This document shows positions 10,608-26,000 of a DNA stretch of 64,000 bases, one piece after another. Within the stretch, counting starts at the first letter, position 1. Each line of letters begins with the position of its first letter. The DNA comes from Azolla caroliniana (Eukaryota; Plantae; Polypodiophyta), in the NCBI GenBank assembly GCA_043228905.1, contig JBHGNT010000002.1, forward strand, positions 24,924,001 through 24,988,000, given 5' to 3'. The notes beneath the pieces were generated by a model. The model had not been told where the DNA came from. It did no database searches and worked only from the letters and a program-made list of their open reading frames with translations. Both the position numbers and the translations under genes were made by a program.

Positions 10608-13600
10608 ATGGATGCTTCTTCTGCTGTTGCAGCGAATGAAGATCACCAGCTCCCACCCCCCGTCTCGGAAGCGAAGGAACTAAAGGAACGAAAAGAAGAT
10701 AATCCTAGTCACTCGGAAGTTCCCGTGAAAGAAGACGGAGAGGAGATCCATATTCATGACGTACAGAAGGAAGACAAGATCGATCCTTCTTTAATATCTG
10801 CAGCTGATCCGTCAGCAATATCATCTGCTGACGTTGCCCTTGAACGAATGCCTGATGAGCCAGTATTCGATGGAACTGAGAAATCTCCAGCGGACATGGA
10901 GAAATCTAGTTCTCAGGCAGAGAAATCGGATAGTATATATTCTGGAAAAAGCCAGACTTCTGCCTTCGATTTTGCTCGGAAAGGCGTGGATTGGCCTGAG
11001 AAGGCTGCTGCATTGAAAACTTTCGTGAAAGAGAGAGGAGCTGTGGTATCTAATGTATTGAGAAGACTTTCTGATAAAATGGAAGATATTACATTCAATA
11101 CTGAGCAACCAAATGAGAATATGAAGATAGAAAACCTTGAATCTGTGGATCCTTTGCAAGAGAAAGTAGTTGAAGGTCCTATAATGAAAGGCAGAATTAC
11201 TGTCTTTTCCAAATCTGGATGTCAAGATAGTAGGGCTGTCAGATCGTTACTGAGAAAGAAAGGAATCAAGTATGTGGAAATTAATGTGGACGTGTTTCCA
11301 CAGAGAAAGCTAGAGCTAGAAGAGAGAACAGGAACTTCTAGTGTGCCACAGGTTTTCTTCAATGAATCCTTTGTTGGAGGTATAGACGAGCTCAATGCCA
11401 TGGAAGATAAGAAAGAACTAGATGAAAGACTCAAGGAAGTGTATGAGACGGAATGCCCGTCAACTGCACCACTTGTTCCTGTGTACGGAGAGGATGAACC
11501 CCTTAATTCAAAGCTTGATGAGTTTGCAGACGTTGTTGCAAAATTGAAGGAGAAGGTTCAAGTGAAAGATCGATTTTATAAGATGAGATTGTTTAGTAGG
11601 TGTTTCCCAGCTGCAGAAGCTTTGGAAGTGTTCGCAGAAGATCAATATTGCGAGAATGAAGAAGTAAGCTAAATTTTCATATTTCCTCCATGCTTTGGTA
11701 TGTAAACTATGAAATTTAGTCTATGTTATGCCAGTGCATGAAATATTCTGTATCACAATTTATACATTCGTAGAACACACTTGAATTTTTTTTATCTCAA
11801 ACGAAATTCTTAGAACATTCCAACATCTTTTGGTTGAACTGTGCACGCTGTTTTTTTAAGTAGATCTAGTTTCGCAATTTGTACATTCTTAAAATTCACA
11901 GTCAAATTTTTATTATCTAGATATTTTATCACAAACAAAATTCTTAGAACACAAAAACATCTTTTGGTTGAACTGTGCACGCTGTTTTTTTAAGTAGATC
12001 TAGTTTCGCAATTCGTACATTCTTAAAATTCATAGTCAATTTTTTATTATCTAGATATTTTATCACAAACAAAATTCATAGAACACGCAAACAGCTTCTG
12101 GTTCAATTGTACATTCGAACATTATTTAAAACGAGATCTTCTATCACAGACTGTGCATTCTTTGGACGTGCTAACAATTATCTATGTAGGTCTTCTATAA
12201 CAAGTTACAAGCTCGCAGGAACCACTAACGTCTTTTGGTTCATTTTAATATTTATCCAGCAAGATCTTCATAACAAATTGTACATTATAGAAATTGTTAT
12301 TGTTTCTAAAAAAGTCTAGAATTTCTATCACGAATTCTTAATAAGAAAAAGCCCATCATACTTTGTTCACCATTAGGCCTACCTTCTAATTCATAAGAAA
12401 AGGCTGACCAAAAATGTTCTGGTAATGAACTTTAAATTTGAGGTATTTTTGAATGGATTTAATAAATGGGCCTCTGGGAGTCATGAGATGCGTTTCAAGG
12501 TATAGTCTGGCCTCTTCGAGGAATCAATACGGAGACAGAATCTTCAAGGTTCATACCCCTTTCTTATCCTTCCTAACGTCCAAAATAATCTTTAAAAGAA
12601 TTCCATGTAGTTTTCATCTTATTCTTGATGCAAAATGATGTCGAATTCCATCTGATGTAAATGAATATGTTATAAGTACAAAACTATGATTTTGAACTGC
12701 GAAAGCTGACTTGTATCCTCTGCAATCAACCCTGGGCTTGATGAGATGTTAAGTAAAAATTCAAACTCTAGAAAGTAATAGAATAGAACATAGTAGTAAA
12801 TATACTTCTCTATTATGGCATTGTGATCAAGCAAACAAGTTTGATCTTTGTATGTTATAAGTGGTTAATTTTTTGTTTAATTGATTAAATCTCAATCTTG
12901 TAGGGAGTGGATTATGGAAGAAAAGTTGGGGCCAAACATTTCTTCCATCATGTCTTGCAGTAAGTAGCTGTCTATTTGGTCAATCCTTTTCCATTCTCTG
13001 ATCCATAAAGAATGTAATCTAGTTAGTTTTTGCTCATTGCAGTGATAATGTATTCGAAGATGGTAACCACCTCTATAGGTTTTTAGAGCATGATCCTGTT
13101 GTATCATCCAAATGTTTCAATTTCAGAGGAGCTATAAATATCTACGAGCCACTTCCTGCTACTGAGATAGAAGCTAATCTGAGAAAATTTGCCCTTGCGA
13201 TAATTGACTCATATGTTTCAGATGATGGGAAACATGTTGATTATGAACGTATTTCCAGCAGTGAAGAATTTAGAAGGTATGCTTCTCTTTTGTGTAATGC
13301 AACATTCCTTTATTTTCTGCTTTACTTGATATATAATGTAATTATTCACAGGTATGTGAAAATGTCTGAGGAACTCCACCGCTTTGACCTCAGTTCATTT
13401 ACAAGGGAGGAGAAACTTGCATTTTTTATAAATTTGCACAATATTATGACCATACATGCAATTATTCTGATGGGACATCCCAATGGACCGTTAGACAGAA
13501 GAAGACTCTTTGGTGATTTTCAGTATTTGGTTGGTGGTTATCCTTATTCTCTGTCAGCAATTCAAAATGGAGTGTTACGTGGGAATCGGCGACCACCTTA

Positions 13601-16336
13601 TCAACTTATCAAGCCATTTGGACCAAAAGACAAAAGATTGCCGGTATGAAATTCTTAAGAATATTTTTCTGTATGTTTTTCACACACGAAACATCCCAAA
13701 GAAGTGAAATAATAACTCAAAGAAAAATAAATAGGATTCTTGTGTGAGCTCAATTTCCATGTACCATTATTGGGAATAGCAATATATGAATGCCAAATTG
13801 GTATTCTAGCTATGAGTGTGGAAAAGTTCTTGTGATGATGAGTAATCAATATACTTGTAGTTTATACATGCACAAAAGTATGTGTATTGTGTGAGTTAAT
13901 GATATGTAGAAAAAGTTATGAGTCCTTGTTCAAGGTAAACTGAACTCTTTTTAATTATTTGCATTTCTCCATCCTTTCTCTGTGTTGACATCATTTTGAA
14001 TATTTGCTATCAGATCAATATGAATCATTGAGAAGGTGAGAAACATTTCATCATTTTGTCTTTATCAATGCCATCACAAAGTTAGCATTGGTTCGATGAA
14101 ATTGTGTTTAATATGATTGTACTACAACATTGTTCATTATTTACTACAACTGTTAAGAAATGTGTCCGTGGTGGTCTACTACATCGTATTGTGTTGTAGG
14201 AAGTAAGGACATCGCTAGGTACCAGGTAATACGAATAACATCTATTCTTGTCTCAAGGAGTGATCAAATCAGTCCATTGGATCTTTGTGAGTGTAAACAT
14301 TGATGATATGGGTGGGCATCAGAGAAGACAGCTTTTTGTTCAGAAGTAGCATGATTGCTTTGATAACTTCTGCCTTCTTGAGCTAGACACTCAAGAGAAA
14401 ATGATTGCATTATAATTGACTGTTCTGTCTGTACATGCTTCTTTGTGGTTCTTTTCACTATATCGTGTATAATGTGTGTATGTACAAACTGTGCATTTGT
14501 ACATACATGGATGTCCTTACTTTTTAGTGTACATACATTTCCTTACTTTTTAGTGTGCTTTAAGGCAAGGGGATGTGTGTAGACTGTAGAGATGTTTCCA
14601 TGATTACATATGACTACCATAAAAGTAAAGCTAGTTTTGTGAGAACCATGCAACAAAGTTTCTACATGTGGCTTGTACGTAAACTCATCTTCCTCATCAA
14701 GCTCATGATCTTGATGGTATAGCTCCACTGAGCATGATATTCGATATGCCTGGAGGAAATCTATGTCTGTCAGATATAGAGAGGCTCAAGATTCTCCTTC
14801 TCTGCATTCTGCTCTTAAAATTTTCATAATTAGATATACCTATCCTCATCCTTCATTGGTATATGTGTTGAATGCAATTTCCATTTTCTCACATCCTCTT
14901 TGATTTTGGGTCCAAGAGTTGAGTTTCTTCTTGTAATATGTCTGAGAAAGAATGTGCTCTAGCTCCTCTTGCATGAAATGGTCACACATGATAGCCTATG
15001 TACGTGCAATCTGCTATGTTCTTTTACATTTACATGGGCAAAAGTACCACCATCAGCCATATATGCATGACTGTTTTTTGAAGGTGAGCTTGATCAGCCT
15101 TTCAGTGTCCCACCAAGTTTTTCGTCCTCCCTTCAGTCACCTCATCCAGCTTAAACCCTTTATTCATCTCTTCCACATTAAACCCTTCATTCATCTCAAC
15201 ATCTTAGCATCTTAGCATCTTAGCATCTTATGATCATTTCCTTAATGTGCTGCAAAATATGTCCTAAACATGTGTCATGGGATCAGTAAAAAGCCTATTT
15301 CCCCCTTTTTATCAAAGCTTAAAATTTTTCCTCCAAATTTAAAAGCATAGATGCATAATGTGAATTGTAAGCCCGATCCTCTTATTCTCAATTATGGAAG
15401 GAGCGAGTTTATAATCAAGTTCCATGGTGGCTTCGTCCATACCCTACAAACACTCTTTATTCATCTCCACCACATTAAAACTTCCACTTTGACAAGTCTC
15501 CACAGCATGATTTGGAAATGTCAAAATATGTAGAGGCTCTCCATCCCATTTATGGTTTGCCCTGCTGCTATTATGATCTCTTTATTGTTTTAACTTGATT
15601 TATAAGCAGATGGGATATCTAACATTTCAACTCTTTTAGTTTGATTTATAAGCACATCAGCTAACATGTGATCTATTTGTTGCTTAATCACTGGTGACTA
15701 GGTCGCATTAACAGAACCTGAACCATTGATTCACTTCGCTCTTACAAGCTCATCACAGTCAAGCCCTGCGCTGAAGTGCTACTCTCCTGGAAATATTGAT
15801 GCAGAGCTTAGAGCTGCTGTGCGTGCGTTTTTTCTGGATGGTGGTGTGGTAATTGATATGGATTCAAAGACTATTCATCTCAGCAAAATTATCAGCTGGT
15901 AATAAGGATGTTTATTTCTACCAATGTATCTGTCGTTTTTTTAAATTCTCAAAGTACTCTTCACTCTCTATAATTTCTTTCTTGCAAAGATAATTCGCAA
16001 AGGAGCAATTGTAGAGAGTTGATAGGGTTTAGGGTTTCTGATTCTAGGAGGGACATTTGTGTATTTCTGATTATATGAGGGCTATTTTTGTAGTTGTGGT
16101 ATCTTGGCAAATTTCCCTTTGTTTTTGTGAGTAACTATGTATTGCTTGTCTAATGCTTTGGAGTTTTGTATTATAATGACAGGTATAGTGCTGACTTTGG
16201 CAAAAACGATCTAGAGATTTTGAGGTGGCTTGTGAATCATTTAGATCCAACTAATGCTGAGAATCTATTGGAGTTGCTTGATGGAAATCAATTCAAAGTT
16301 GTATACCAACCTTATGAATGGGCTCTCAATGCATAG
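10608..16336 (+). CDS. Class IV glutaredoxin (glutaredoxin + DEP + DUF547 domains); exons 10608-11663, 12904-12959, 13043-13276, 13352-13643, 15702-15898, 16183-16336
   Basis: Grx motifs KGRITVFSKSGCQDS and SSVPQVFFNE..VGG; DEP-like VKDRFYKMRLFSRCF, HFFHHVL, FEDGNHLYRFLEHDP; DUF547 EEKLAFFINLHN, GVLRGNRRPPY, EPLIHFAL, WYSADFG, YQPYEWALN; all junctions GT-AG and in phase. Confidence 0.92.
11806..12085. repeat. Tandem duplication of ~134 bp in intron 1 of the glutaredoxin gene
   Basis: catcttttggttgaactgtgcacgctgtttttttaagtagatctagtttcgcaatt...tatcacaaacaaaatt occurs twice. Confidence 0.85.
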
Positions 16337-17700
16337 AGGAAATGTGAATTTGCAAAATCTCGTTCTGTTTACCCAGGTGACAATAATCTCGTTTGGGTTT
16401 TTTTTATGTATATCTACGTCAATCACATAATATGAGAGATCATATTCTATTTTTTGAGAAATTTCCCTTATCAGCCATTTTATGGTCACATTGAAGAGAG
16501 TGATCTGCACTATTATTTGTAGTTATAATATTCAGGTTGCAGTCATTTGGCGGTAACCTGTGCACAATTTATTATTCCTAGAATAGAAGTGCTTCTTTAT
16601 CGTTCTTATTCAATTCATTCTTCGTATCTTACCTATTTTTACTTGTATATGCGCTATGTTGATTGTTAGGTCAGATACTTATTAATTGTTAGGTCAGATA
16701 CTTATTAATTGGCATTCAGTCTTCTATAAACTGGATTTTCTCATTGGGAAGATAATCTCATATCAATTCCTGTTGAACTTTCTACGCTTGAGAGCTTCCT
16801 TTGATTTATAAGGAAATTTCACGTTTTTGGTCAGTTAACCTCCATTCTTTTTTGTGAACTTATTGAAAGGATGGATTTTGTTATCATGGTTTTGCGTGCT
16901 ATGTTAGGTTTTGATTGGGGCATATAGTATTGTATTATTTTCTGACTGTTATGAATTGTGTGGAAGACACAGTTCGGTGAACTCTTAGTGTATATCCATA
17001 ATCCTTCTCATACATCCGTATAACATTCCCTTATTAGCTTTGTAGGTGTGTTTGCTTTTTTTGCACAATGTTTATGAATATTGCTTTACATAAAAGGACT
17101 AATAACCATTAGGAAATTCCATGTTTTCATGATGGCCAATCTAAATATTTGCCATCAATATTGTCATATCTTTTGCAATGAATTAGCAGTAAACTGCAGA
17201 AAATTTGCTCCTTTTGATGTTCTAAGATGCAAAATTAAATATTGGATTACCCGGGAAAACAAGGTTGTGGTATTTTTGGAATGTCCATAAATACAGAAAA
17301 TTTAGCATACCATGTTAGAGGTGACTTGTCTTGATCATTGGTATGTTGAATTGTTATATTTAGAGAGGATTTCAAATGTTAAATGATGATAAAGTTTTGA
17401 ACATTTTTGTATGCAGTTACGTATTGTTACATGCTGATAATTAGATTGTTCCATGTCTTTTTATCCCCAATTATCAAGAGAGATGAGAGCTATAGAGATG
17501 ATATAAATTCAACAATCGGATAGACTTGGTATTCTGATAATTATATTGTTCTACAGGTTTTTATCCCCAACTATGAAGAGAGATGAGAGTTACTGAGATG
17601 TAGATATAACTTTAATAATTGGATAGACTTGGTATGATTTGTTGTTTACCCTTGATGAGATCAGTAAACTTGATAAGCTTTTACAAGTGTTAGACAGCAT

Positions 17701-17875
17701 GCACAGAGTATGTATGTACTAAATCTAATTACATGGCTTGTTTAACATGCCTATATAATTATTATAGGACAATCATGCATGATGTATGCGTGCACAGAGC
17801 ATGTACTAAATCTAATTACATGGCTTGTTTAACATCCCTATATAATTATTACAAGACAATCATGCATGATGTGTG
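17701..17875. repeat. Tandem duplication of ~90 bp
   Basis: atgtactaaatctaattacatggcttgtttaacat...acaatcatgcatgatgt occurs twice. Confidence 0.85.
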
Positions 17876-19020
17876 CATTATCCTGCAACTCATTGGTAAA
17901 GCAAAGAACTATTACAAAATTCATCTTAAGGCTCATATTATAGCATAGTTTTGGTTAACTTCAATGGCTAACCTGTTTATTGTATTAAATCCATTGCTCT
18001 TTTCGCTGGATCACAATTAAATGGTGGATAACACCAACCAATCATGCAACTATATTAATGAGAAATTTAGATATCAAGAGAGAAAAATGTAACATTCTGA
18101 GGAAAATGTGATCATGGTCGTGGTCTTGTGCACCACATTTTGGTTTTACAAACAAAGATTCACTTCTTCGTCATTTGATGAGTGTGAAATGGCTAGGAAA
18201 CCTATAGAACACTTGATTAAGAATTTTGACTATTTAGGAGTGAGGAGAGTCATTAAAGTTGAACAAGGGTCTAGTAGCCCACCTTATATACTTGTATAAA
18301 CCATATAGGATGATTGTATGCGCTTCTATTGCTTGTTAAATGTATGTATTAATATGTTGCGCTGTTGTGTGGCTTGCCAACCCTTGCGCCTACACTCCTC
18401 TTGTATTACCCAAACTATCGTGCGTGCACGAGAGGCTATGGCAGCATGGAGTGAAAGGAGAAGCATTGAAGCATTCGAGGTTATCAAGATTGCTCAAAGC
18501 TGCTTTGTCATCCTAAGGGAATGATTTTAAGAGTAGGAAGGTTATCAAGATGCCCTCAATTAGGTGCAGAATAATCTAATCCTTTGGTAGTATAACAAGT
18601 CATACATCTAAGCATGTTTGCGCAGGTCACAAAGAACAGGGTAGTCATAAATTATGCATGTCCATATACATTCTCTATCAGCAGGCAAATGTTTGTGAAC
18701 TTGTAATAATGATTCACAAGCAAAACTGTTTTTTATCCGTGAAGATTGCATTCCTATTTATAAAATTAGAAGTTCACACATAATATTCAGGATGGAGAGA
18801 AACGCCACATTTTTTTCCTTCACCGGCATTGCCATCATATTCATATGCATAGGTGAGACTGTCATTTTCATGAACTCATCAACTATCATAGCGACTCTTC
18901 ATTCTGGCTGGCTGAACTTCATGATGAGTATTCTCTAAGTGTATACTAATTTAGCTGCTCAGTTTTCCACGACTTTAATGCATCTTCACATATAGCTTCT
19001 AGCTTAAGGGTGAGACCAAA

Positions 19021-19410
19021 AATGTTGAACCAACTACCGTTTCTACCAGTACAGGAGTGCGCATCTCAAGTAAACTCTTTGCACCCTGCTTCCTATCTGT
19101 AAACGTAACAGCTAAACTAAAGAATTATACAGTAAAATATACGAGTATGTCTTAAGTAAACTATTTGCAACCTGCTGCCTAACTGCAAAAGCAACAGCTA
19201 AACTTGAGAAATGTTGAACCAAATACCGTTTCTACCAGTACAGGAATGCGCGTCTCAAGTAAACTCTTTGCACCCTGCTTCCTATCTGTAAACGTAACAG
19301 CTAAACTAAAGAATTATACAGTAAAATATACGAGTATGTCTTAAGTAAACTATTTGCAACCTGCTGCCTAACTGCAAAAGCAACAGCTAAACTTGAGAAT
19401 TATACAGTAA
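19021..19410. repeat. Tandem duplication of ~189 bp with an internal sub-repeat, downstream of TBCCD1
   Basis: aatgttgaaccaa...aacagctaaacttgaga occurs twice; each unit contains two related aagtaaact..ttgca.cctgct...aacagctaaact blocks. Confidence 0.9.
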
Positions 19411-20036
19411 AAATATAACAATAATATCACCTACATCGTTCTGTCACAGTAAAACAGTTTCAAAATAACAAAGGATTCAAAATAAACACATTTAAGGTTG
19501 TTTAGACTCGTCGTACTACATGCTTCCATGAACAAAATAGTGACTCAATTAGAATAGGAGAAAGTTGCTTTTGACAATGTGCTTCCCAAGAATTTATACA
19601 TCCACCTGCCACAGATAATGAAAAAACAGAAGTTGAAACTCCTTTATTTTCTTTTTACTCGTACATGACTAGGTGTGTACATTAGCAAATACAACGCTCC
19701 TGAATGGTTCAGAATTTAGCACTGTAAGCAAATGGAAACAAACTGTACCTTCAGAACCTAAAATTGAAGGGGTAAAACCCATTGGGCTCTAGATGTGTAA
19801 CGAAACTCTTGATTGCATCAAATAAATATGAACACAACATAAAGAAGCACCATACACTTTTCAACTCAAATTTACCCACATACAGAAGTATATGATCACT
19901 GGAATGTAGAGTCCTTATGTGGTAAGTGAATATTTAGAAACTCTCATGGCAAGCACGCTCTTCATGTCCATGTGCCATCAATATTAGCGACATAAAGTTC
20001 CAAAGCCTTTTTTGTCCACATTTCAAGCCATGATTT

Positions 20037-23000
20037 TCAGTCACTATCTTTGAAGTCGTAGAGCTGCCGGATATTTCCTGAAGCTGCAAGTTTATCATGT
20101 AAATTCAAAACTCAATGGACAGTATGTTCAGCAAATCAGCAAAACACACAGGTATATTTGCAAGAAAAATCAAAGGTTTTCAATTTTCCTTTTTAACAAA
20201 ATATAGTATATGTTTGAAGATAGGGTATTTTCATGGTTTATTAAATCTCACAGGCATTCTAATAAATAATAATTCTCGTTTCTCCTAGAAAACAAGGGTG
20301 AATGGACTTGAATCAGACCAAGAATAATTGAAAAATCTTGGAACGTATGCTTAGCAATCACTCTATGGGGAACTCAATCTTATTTTCTTACCATGGAGCC
20401 ATTCTCGAAAATGAACATGAATAGCTTGCGATAGGTCTTGTCTCCTGCTATCGTCAATTGATGCATTCCTCAGAGTCTGCCTTAAAGACTCCACAGCTTT
20501 GTTCTGTTAAAAGGAAGAAGATAAGGCATTTAGTTACTAGGTTAAATGAGTAAAAAGAATTCATGCTCTTTGAAGAGATGAAATGACCTAGTTAATTCCT
20601 TAAAATGGTTTCTAAAACAACGAATCATTGGCTCAACTGTAAAGACTACATATATGTTCACGGTATTAATAAACTAGAATAAAACCTAATCACCATATTT
20701 TTAGCACAACCATGTATCAAGCATTATTGCTCCAGACATAACAAGAAGGATTCTTGCTCCAAAAGATATGCCGTTAGCTAAGGATATTAATTAGTACAGT
20801 TACGAAAATGCAGAATGATTTTATTTCATATCACTCTTATAGTGAAATACCATCAAATTGAAGCCAAATTCCATATTAAATTAATCGCTTGCCATATAAT
20901 TTAGGCAGAGCCACGCTCAGATATCTGTAGCAAACCAACCAGAAGTGTAAATAAATCACTAGCAAGGATTTGGACTTCTTGGTACCTCATGGATCATAGA
21001 GAATCATCAGTCCTCTGTAACTTTGATAAACCCTTATAGAGTGGAAACATAATCACAAGTAAAATAACAAATCATGAAGAACAAACATAGCACATCAAGT
21101 TTTATTCTTCCAAAGTAAGCATAACTTTGGATAACTTTGGTTTTCATTAAAATTAACAAACCGTTTGAAAGAATGGCATTGTCATTGTACACATACAAAA
21201 AGATTCAGAACAATTGATCAATAAAGTAAGAAGGAAAAAAAGTCAGGATTTCTATGCTTGGGGACATCCTTCGGCATCTGCCTACCCTGTCATGTACATG
21301 ACTTAACACTCCTGGTTACACTGTCCTGCTCTTGGAGGTATCCTGGTTTCCACAGATATTATGTAGACTTCTTTAATAATTAATTATTAATTACAACCTT
21401 GCACGGATGATGACAAATCTCAGCACAAATAGCGACATATTCAAACTAATTTGATTATACTCATCACCACAATCTGATTTCTTGATCTTACTAATCAAGA
21501 CTATACCGTAACTCCTCCAATTTCCATCTAGTCCTTAAACTTTAGCACAAAACGTAAGAACTTCATGAAAAATACAAATCTACCTTTTGTTGTTGAGCTG
21601 CCAAGTATGCCTTCGGCAATATAAATGGATTGGCTTCTGTTCTGGGCTGATGGTTGAGCTCGGCATCATTCCATTTTGGGATCTACTCATAATCACATCC
21701 CAAATAAATACTATACACTTGTCTCTTAAAAATTTCAGACAACTAATAAGATGTCTAGCTAAAGCTGGAAGCATATGGCACATACCACAAAATTCGTGTA
21801 TCTATCCGGAGGCAAAAGTGATGCATCCTCTGCCTGTACATCTGCAACACCTGCTGCATGCGGTAATGAGTCATGTGGGTCCATAACGCCAAGAGTAAGA
21901 AATTTGTCCCATTTGTTGACTGATGGAATGATACCCACTTGAGCTAAATGTGCCTCTAATTTTGGGTAAAAGGTATTATAAGGTGCAACCTGAAACAAAG
22001 TACATCCATTACAATGACAACAATAAGTACTTTCAACTTAAGCTATTCAAGTGCAATAATGAATTTGTTATATATAGTAGTATGATAACAAAATTATTAC
22101 TCAGAGGATGGAATTTCTCCTAAACCCTAAATTGACTAATACAGAATGCAAATATTTAATACCAATAAGTTTCTTCTAAAAAAATTGATAACTGGCCATC
22201 TCAAAGTTATCCAACAGACATCCACAATTTTCATGGGAAGAAATTTAACGTGCAATATGCAAAAATTTAAAGTAAGAACCCTCTAATACATAGCACCCAC
22301 TTCCTTACAAAATACTGCCCCCACCCCCCCAAAGAAACCTAGGTACAGATTCTTTTCCTGCCATCAGACATCTTAGCTGATTTCATTTCTTTGGTCTCAT
22401 TGGTTTTTGGCTATTTGAAGACGTTAGTATAATATTTCAAATCTATCTCCCTATCATCCAGTTTCAGTGGTCAAACTTATATTTGCAAAAATAGTATATT
22501 ATTTGTTCTAAAGAGTGAAAACTCAAAGACTACCAACCTGTAAATTATGGTTTTCACCAATTAGTAAAGGTTTTTGATTCACAGCCATGTAAAATATACA
22601 TTCCCGACAATTGGTGATACGTATTCGCATTGTTGCAACGATCAATTGGACTCTTTCACAATGTTCAATTCGCACCACCTGTATAATAAAACATAATAAA
22701 AGTCGTCCTCATAAATAAAGACCTTATGAAAGTATGTATAGCAATGTCAGCACATCAAAAGAGTGTACAAATGGTGAAAATAGGCAATGGGTTACTAAAA
22801 TAAAGCTCGTATCTCAGTTGGGGAAATTGTAGGAACATTTTCAGCATCTCTGTTTTCATTCCAGTTTTTGGAGGAAAAAAAGTAATGCTTTCTTAGAAAA
22901 AATATTCAGAAAAAAGTGCAGAGTCAACATCCATCCAACATAATATGATCTCCCTCCAAACAAGACAATGTAAATAAGGAAATGCAAACATAAGCAAAGA

Positions 23001-26000
23001 TGGCCAAAGATGCCTACACTCAAGCTCAGCATGTTCAAAGAAGAAATTATCGCAACAGGATAGAGGTGGTGAAAAAGAAAAACGAAACAACAATAGATAA
23101 GTTCAAAATGATGAATGCTACATTCGAAGAAGATGCCAAGTGGAAGGTTCATGCATTACATGTACAAGTTATTGGCCCAGCTGAAAAACTAAGCCCACAA
23201 GAGAATGCCAAGAATTTTGGAACAAAGATTGGAATATCTGATATTCCCTTTGTTGTCGTATGGCAGAGTGAGAAGCGATGAGTCTGGAGCTAAAGCCTTG
23301 ATTATCTCTTTCACTGATATGGAAAAGAAGGGCACTCAAGGGTGACAAATATAGGTAGACAAACTCACTCCAGTTCAAGTAACACATCGCAAAGAAAACA
23401 TGCTACAAGTGCTCGACACAAGAAAGGAATGTCTCTGATTGTTTACCCTTACTGCGAGTGGTTACCTGCTGTAATACCGGTTCTTCTGTCGTCCTGGTAT
23501 CGACCACCCCTGTAAGGTTGTCGATTATTGCTATCCTGCCAGGGTGAATAATCCCTGTCATAATTGTTCCGACTATTGCGCCGATAGTCATCATGTCGGT
23601 CATCTTCCCGACATGTACATAGAGATGGCAAGGTCATTATTACAAAGCAGCGAGCCACATGATAGTGTACGGCCTATGAGACCTTACACATGACTATAAG
23701 GTCTTGCAATGGCTCCCTAAGAACAGATGCCAGGTATCTTAACGTAATGAGCACAGATACCACTATGTATAGAAAGATCCATCAATGCCCAATGTACAAG
23801 GATATAGATGGCAATCAGTATCTTGTCCCGTACCACAGATACCACAAATGAGCTCCATGATAGATGCGTGTTGTGCATAAGGACATAGATGTATCTTGTA
23901 GGTGGATACGAATCAAAAGAGGGCATCTTAGAGAGTTACATATTGCGATCTGCTACTTCTCACCTACCTACACAAGGTTTGCACCTCTCAAAGAATCAGC
24001 ACATTTACCATTATACGATGATATCATGAAATTTTCTACTGCGGGCAATATAGTAATCTTAGAAAACTTCAACGTACAAACTAAGGATGACAAAAAACCA
24101 TGTTTGACACAAGGCTATGATGAAGAAGGTATGGCAGAAGACGTTGGTTTAAAAGTGACAAGCTCAAGATATGAGTGAAGTAACAAAATATGGCAAAACC
24201 TTTTCTCACCTTGAGAAGTGCACATGGATTTGTGATATACAAGGTCTTTCACAATGGCATAGATCATATGATTTTGACATGTTAGAACCCAAAGGGAGAT
24301 GTAAGCGTAGTCAATTACCTGATGACGTCCCCATTTCTTATACAGGAAATAATAGAGCTCACTATCTCTAGTAGACATATTGGCCTAGCAGCAGATCATG
24401 CATATCTACACTTTTGAGGTAAAGGATGTATATGCTAACAACTATAGTGGGCTTGCTAGATACCAATTTACCCGAGAGACAATTGACGTGTGTCGTTCTA
24501 GAGAATACAATGGCATGCACAACTAGAGTGAAACAAGGATGCCCACTATCACCCACACTCTTTGGTCACTATATAGATGAGATATCACATCACATAGATA
24601 GATTTGGCGGTTCAGGAGCATGCCTAGTGGGTATAGCTATACAAATGTTACTACATGCTGATGATATTGTGCTGATCTCCAACTCTCCGACACCTTGTAA
24701 TAATTTTGCATAGACAAAGGTTTGTTAGTAAACCTAGGTACAACTGAATTGATGGTGTTTAAAACCACTCAAACATGGGTAACAAGATTAGAACAAGAAT
24801 TCTTCTTGGGAGAAGAAAAGGTTGTATACCCAATCCTAGATACACCTACGAGTAACATTACGTGGCCTTGGTCCTCCTTACACGAGGGTGCCAATGCTTG
24901 ACTTTCTCATAAATACATAACCCTTGGCACCCTTGAAAGACAATGTGCACATATAGAAATCCAAAAGCCGCAAACTAAATTGTGGCTATTTGATACACTT
25001 GTTACATTGGCTCTTCTCTACGGAGCAAAAACTTGGGGACCAAGTATTAAGACAACAAATAACTGGAAAGATTTGGAGAGACCTTTAGTCTTTACAATTG
25101 CCCCCTTGTTAAGGAGCAAAACATCACCATTATTTATGTGGAGATAGGAGCAACCCAAATGATCACCAAGGCATTGTTGCGATCAGTGAACGATATCCAA
25201 CAGTTTTGGGAGTTGTCTAAATGAAGGGTCAAAGTTGGCACTTCTGTCATCAAAAGAACTTGCTGAACACAACGATAATCATTGTGTGAGTCATATGGCA
25301 TAAGCATAAATGCAAACCCCCGTTCGAATATAGCTTGGATTATACCCATCTAAACATGGCCAAAGAGAAAATGAATAGAGTATTCCAAACTGATTATCAA
25401 ATTGAATAATGTAAGATCATAGATCAGCACCACAAAGCTCTTGGTAGGAAGATGGCCCACTATAAGGCACACTTTATAAACATATTGTATGATGGTTTCA
25501 TCATCAGGAAGATCTCTCCCATGTGTTATGCATTGTTATAGGGAGATTGTGTACCTCTTCACACCAGTTAGAGATTGAATTATGCAGATATGCACACACT
25601 CCTCAAAGAAAGAATTTGCCAATTGTGTCATAAGGGAATGGAATCTAAAAAGCACCCATCTTTGTCACTGCAATGTATTTTATTAAATAAGAGGGAGATA
25701 TCATTGCCTCTTTAACCAAGGGATTGACCCACTATATAAGGTAATGGAATATGAGGACCAACGGTGCTTGGGGCTGTTCTTGTTAGAACTCAAGAGACAC
25801 AGGGAGAAGTTGAAGGACAACAATACAACCACACAAGCTCATCAACAAAGAGCAATCACAACTTTCTTTAGCCAAGAGTCGATCAAGAAATACACAATTA
25901 GACTCCTAATTAGTGTAAGGAAGTATAAGATAGAATGACAGTTTTCTAAGATATCTAAAGGCAGAGATATAGAAACTAAAAACAATTACGGGGTTTAGCA

